A stretch of DNA of 64,000 nt, from contig OZ038378.1 of assembly GCA_964036045.1 (NCBI GenBank), forward strand, positions 11,904,001 through 11,968,000, in the 5' to 3' direction. The notes beneath the pieces were generated by a model. It was not told the DNA's origin and ran no database searches. It saw only the letters and a program-made list of their open reading frames with translations. Source of the stretch: Eutreptiella sp. 'Long Island Sound 2002' (Eukaryota > Protista > Euglenida). Below are positions 60,256 to 64,000 of this stretch, piece by piece. A program made the translations under genes and the position numbers. Position 1 is the first letter of the stretch; every line of letters starts with the position of its first letter.

Positions 60256-61174
60256 TCGACGTTTTGACCCCCCAAAAAAAGAAACTTTGTCCATCAAAAA
60301 CAGCCCTGGTGCCAAACGCTGCCTTGAATTCACCTTACGGCAACCAGATGTTGCTGCCTTAAGAGGCCAAAATTGGTCAGCATAGATCTTGGGGAGTCTT
60401 TGCACCGCGCGCGCACTGCACTGCAGTTGCAATGGGTGCTGCTTGGAAGACGTACTGCCCAAAGAAGCCCCCAAACTGGCCCTCGCCCCCGAATGGCCCC
60501 CCGAAAAAGACTCTTAGGCCGCCCAAATGTGCAATACTGTTCCCTGCCTTCCCTTGGGCCAAGACCACATGCAAAATTGACGACAAAACACACGTTGTGT
60601 GCCCCGCCTGTGCTACCTCGCACATCAGGTGGTTGGTCTGCCCAAACAGCCGAATAGGGGGCGTTTTCACACAGCGCGCGCACAGGCCGGGCACTGCGCG
60701 CGCACAGCGCAAATTATTACGGTGTTTATCCCGGGAACATCCCTGAAAACCACCCACCTACAGAAGCATGCATGATCAAATTCGTGGTGTACCAGCAGGG
60801 GCTGTGGGGTGCAGAATTCAGGACCCTGGGACCCATGGCAAGCAGCAAGCCAACAGGGGTGGAAAACAGCCAACTTTTCGCACAGCGCGCGCACAGCGCA
60901 CGGTGCGCCCCCAAATAGTCGCACGGCACAAGCGCCCGCCTTGCAGACTGGGGGATGCAACACACTGCCGCCGCGTACACTGAACACTGTTGATCGCACC
61001 CACCCTCCAACAAAGCAGTAGACGGACACGCGCGCACGGGCACACACACACACGTCGTTACGACCAAAACAGGAGTGCAAAAGAGAAAACTTCTCACTCC
61101 AGAACAGATGCTCCAGAGTACAGGGGATGTCGTCAGCAGCCGGCAGTACCCATCCGAACGGGGTGAAGCTCAGC

Positions 61175-61443
61175 CAGGGGTATATTGGAAGAGAGGAGGG
61201 GGGGGGTCTGGCCGGACCCCCCCCCCCCCCGTCCTTCTATGGTTGTCAATGGTAGATGGCGCCGAAGGCGCCGGGGCAAAATTCTTGTGGTTGTTGCTGT
61301 TTATTGGAGCGCAACGTCCTGTCAGCCCCAAACAGTGGAAGGGGAGGGGGGGGGAGGGGGTCTGAGGGGGGGGGGGGGGGGAGGGGGGTCCAGGGGGAGG
61401 GGACCCCCCTCCTATGGTTGTCAGCCGTTCTAATACAGCCCTG
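61175..61443. mobile_element. hAT-type MITE, same family
   Basis: Ends CAGGGGTATATTGGAA and TTCTAATACAGCCCTG; 8-bp TSD AGCTCAGC at 61167-61174 and 61444-61451. Confidence 0.82.
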
Positions 61444-61814
61444 AGCTCAGCCCTGACAAACACATGCATACAGCGGTGGGAGGCAAAACCGACACAGCAC
61501 ACAATCAGCGATTGGTGCTCTGGGCCTACTGCAACTTGGATTCACCCAAGTCATCCCTCTCTATCAGCGAGCACCTTCGGTGTGACATCTCACTGACATC
61601 ACTAATTTCTTGGAGAGCACACGCACACGCACACGCACACACGCACATGCCCACAGCAAGACACTAACCCACATACGCACACACCCAGGCAACCACCCCA
61701 ATGAGGGGGCGTTCTATAAAGGCTGGTGGGTACACACACGGGAGCTGGCCATTAAGCAGACATGGTTGGCCCACAGTGCAACGGGGCAGCGGGGATGCTG
61801 CAGGAAGTGAAAGC

Positions 61815-62050
61815 TTGAACCCTCCAGGTGGGCAACGTTCGGCAACCCGTGGGCAACGTTGAGGAACCTGTCAGTAGCCTTGGGCCCTTTTGGGCAACGT
61901 CTCCAGGTTGTCCACTTTTGCCCAGCGGTTGCCTAAGGTAGCCCAAGGATTGCCCAGAGTTTACCCATGGTTGCCCAGAGGTCGGCCAACAATGCCCAGA
62001 GGTTGCCCAGGGTTGCCTGGAGGTTGCCAGGAGGTTGCCGAAGGTTGCGC
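61815..62050. repeat. Degenerate ggcaac/ggttgcc repeat array
   Basis: Repeated gggcaacgt motifs followed by their complement ggttgcc at about 10-20-nt spacing. Confidence 0.6.
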
Positions 62051-64000
62051 TAAAATTTTTTTCAAGATCCTCCTTTTTGTGTGATGTTTTGGATCGAAAC
62101 TTCTCCTAAACTTCTTCTCGTGGCTGTGGATGGATGGGACCCAATGTGCATACCCATGTTGCTACAAAGGTGGTGACACTACCTCCAGCCCGGTTGAGTT
62201 TCTATGACGGTTTCTGAACCCAGCTCTCGCTGCTGAGTCTTTTGGAGGCCTGGTAAACCCCCCCCCCCCCCATGTATAACCCCCCCCCCCCACCTATAAC
62301 CCCCCCGCCCCGTCGTTTGCATTCATCAAAATTCCCACGGGGTCGTCCAACAGGCCGCCGCGGGGCAGGAGCGGCAGGGACCTCAACTGATTGCACCATA
62401 CCAAGAACAATCCCACGACAAAAATCAGAGATTTCTGCCCTTTCGCCCGCAGCTGCAAATCGGGCCACAGCAGTTTCATGGGGGATAACTTGAAAAAATG
62501 ATTGCAAACTAAGCATTGTGTCTGCAAAAGAAAAGGAATACAGGGACATCCGAGCACAGAATTAATTAATTTTTGCGCAGTTTTGCGCACCCTCTTACCA
62601 TTTCCAAGCCCTGGCCCTGAAAAATTAATTTATTTTTTGAATTTTTTTTTTTGCGTACAAACACACTTCACCCACAGAATTAAATATTTCCGCAGATCTT
62701 TAGCGTTTGTACGGTACAAGCAGGAACATGGGAAGAGAATCCCGGACGATACATCGGCAGTATTGTCTGTACCACTCTCATGCGCGCACCGCGTGCACCG
62801 CGCGCGTCAGGGGAAGCAACGCTTTGGTGTAACATGCACCGTTTTTGAAGGTAGGCAGGGACAGGGTATGTAGCAAATAATGGTCAAGACCTATGTGGTA
62901 GCTGGAGGCCCGGAGGGGGGGAGGAGACTGTTGGGGTCGGGTATCTGAACAGGCGGGACCCGTGGGCTAATGGACCACAATTGTAGCGGGCACACACTCG
63001 TTGGTGGTGCCTGGATAGAAGACAGCACTGCCCGGCTCCAACAGTTCCGAATTCATTGACATGTGAGCTGTTGAGACAAATGGAGACAACACATTGCAAT
63101 GCAAAATTTTTGTTTGTATACACGCATCCATTATGCCCGATTCCCCCCAAACAATGCCCCTGAAGAGTATCTTACCCATACACACAATTACAATCACCCC
63201 ACCGTTGTGTTCAGGCCCAAGTGCCCAATTTGAAGCAATGTTTAGTGTTTCCATAATTTGTGGGCGCACCGGGCGTCACACCGTGCGCCGCACCGCGTGG
63301 CGGCACCCTCCAAGAGCAACACGTGACAGAGCACTTCGGCCGGAATTGCAGCAGGAGTGGCAAAGTGGTCGCAGTGCACTGTTGTGATGTGTGACGTTCC
63401 ACTGCGCTTTTGGCCCGGGCGGGCTTGGCCATAGAACGACGATGGTTGTCACCCGCCGGAACCACTCCGGGAACTCTCTCAGTGCATTGTCACAAATACG
63501 GCGCCAGAGGCGCCGCCACAGATTGTCCAAGAATACGGCACCGGAGGCGTCGCCACAGATTGTTCAGCACTCGGCAAGCTGTTCTACACGGCGCCGTCAG
63601 GCGCCCCCACTCCTCCGCCCTTGGACCCTTAGACCGTTCTGAGCTCTTGAATACCCTCATCGGCCTTCCTTGCCCCTATTCCGCTTTCTGCGCGGTTCAC
63701 TGACCCGGGGGGGGGGGCTTGGGCAAAAGGGGGGGGGGTACAGCATTCCCCCATTTGGACGCCCTGGGTTGATACACTGTCTCCAACATGATTGCTGTAC
63801 TGATTGCTTAACAATGGTTTCAGTATCCGGCTTTGGCATTGAGGCATTCGCAATTTTTCAGGGTTTTCTCACGTTTTGGTCCAATGCACTAAAATTTCGT
63901 TCCGTTGGGGAGGTATGTGTATACTTTTATGTGTATCTGTGAGAAAAGGCCGTTTCAGAAATGTATGGGTTGGGGGGGGGGGTAGGTGACCATATTTTGA

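Noticed and set aside
62202-64000. Short ORFs and G/C homopolymer-rich repeats at the window end
   Set aside because: No coding signal or defined element boundaries could be supported.

Overview
Eukaryotic, repeat-rich genomic window. The host is probably a protist; euglenid-like features (candidate trans-splice acceptors, an SL-like relic) are inference only. Two host genes can be reconstructed. One is a complete six-exon, 1502-aa alpha-2-macroglobulin/CD109/TEP-family thioester protein (+, 1575-12290). The other is a histamine-N-methyltransferase-like SAM methyltransferase (-, 59927-~57546) that runs in frame into a Ty3/Gypsy integrase-chromodomain fragment. Between them lies nested mobile DNA: (i) a TIR DNA transposon of unassigned superfamily (14265-35944; 29-bp TIRs, 5-bp TSD AGCAT, DDE transposase, 8 copies of a 20-26-bp palindrome); (ii) inside it, a young 15.9-kb chromodomain Ty3/Gypsy element whose pol carries a phage-Dam-like adenine methyltransferase fold between protease and RT; (iii) an L1/Tx1-like LINE with a cellular-type RNase H, itself interrupted by a 3.3-kb non-autonomous LTR element; (iv) several MITEs and simple repeats. 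The strongest novelty candidates are the Dam-like domain inside the Gypsy pol, the animal-like TEP in an apparent protist, the unclassified DNA transposon and the methyltransferase-integrase fusion. All domain calls come from motif recognition by eye; no database search was run.
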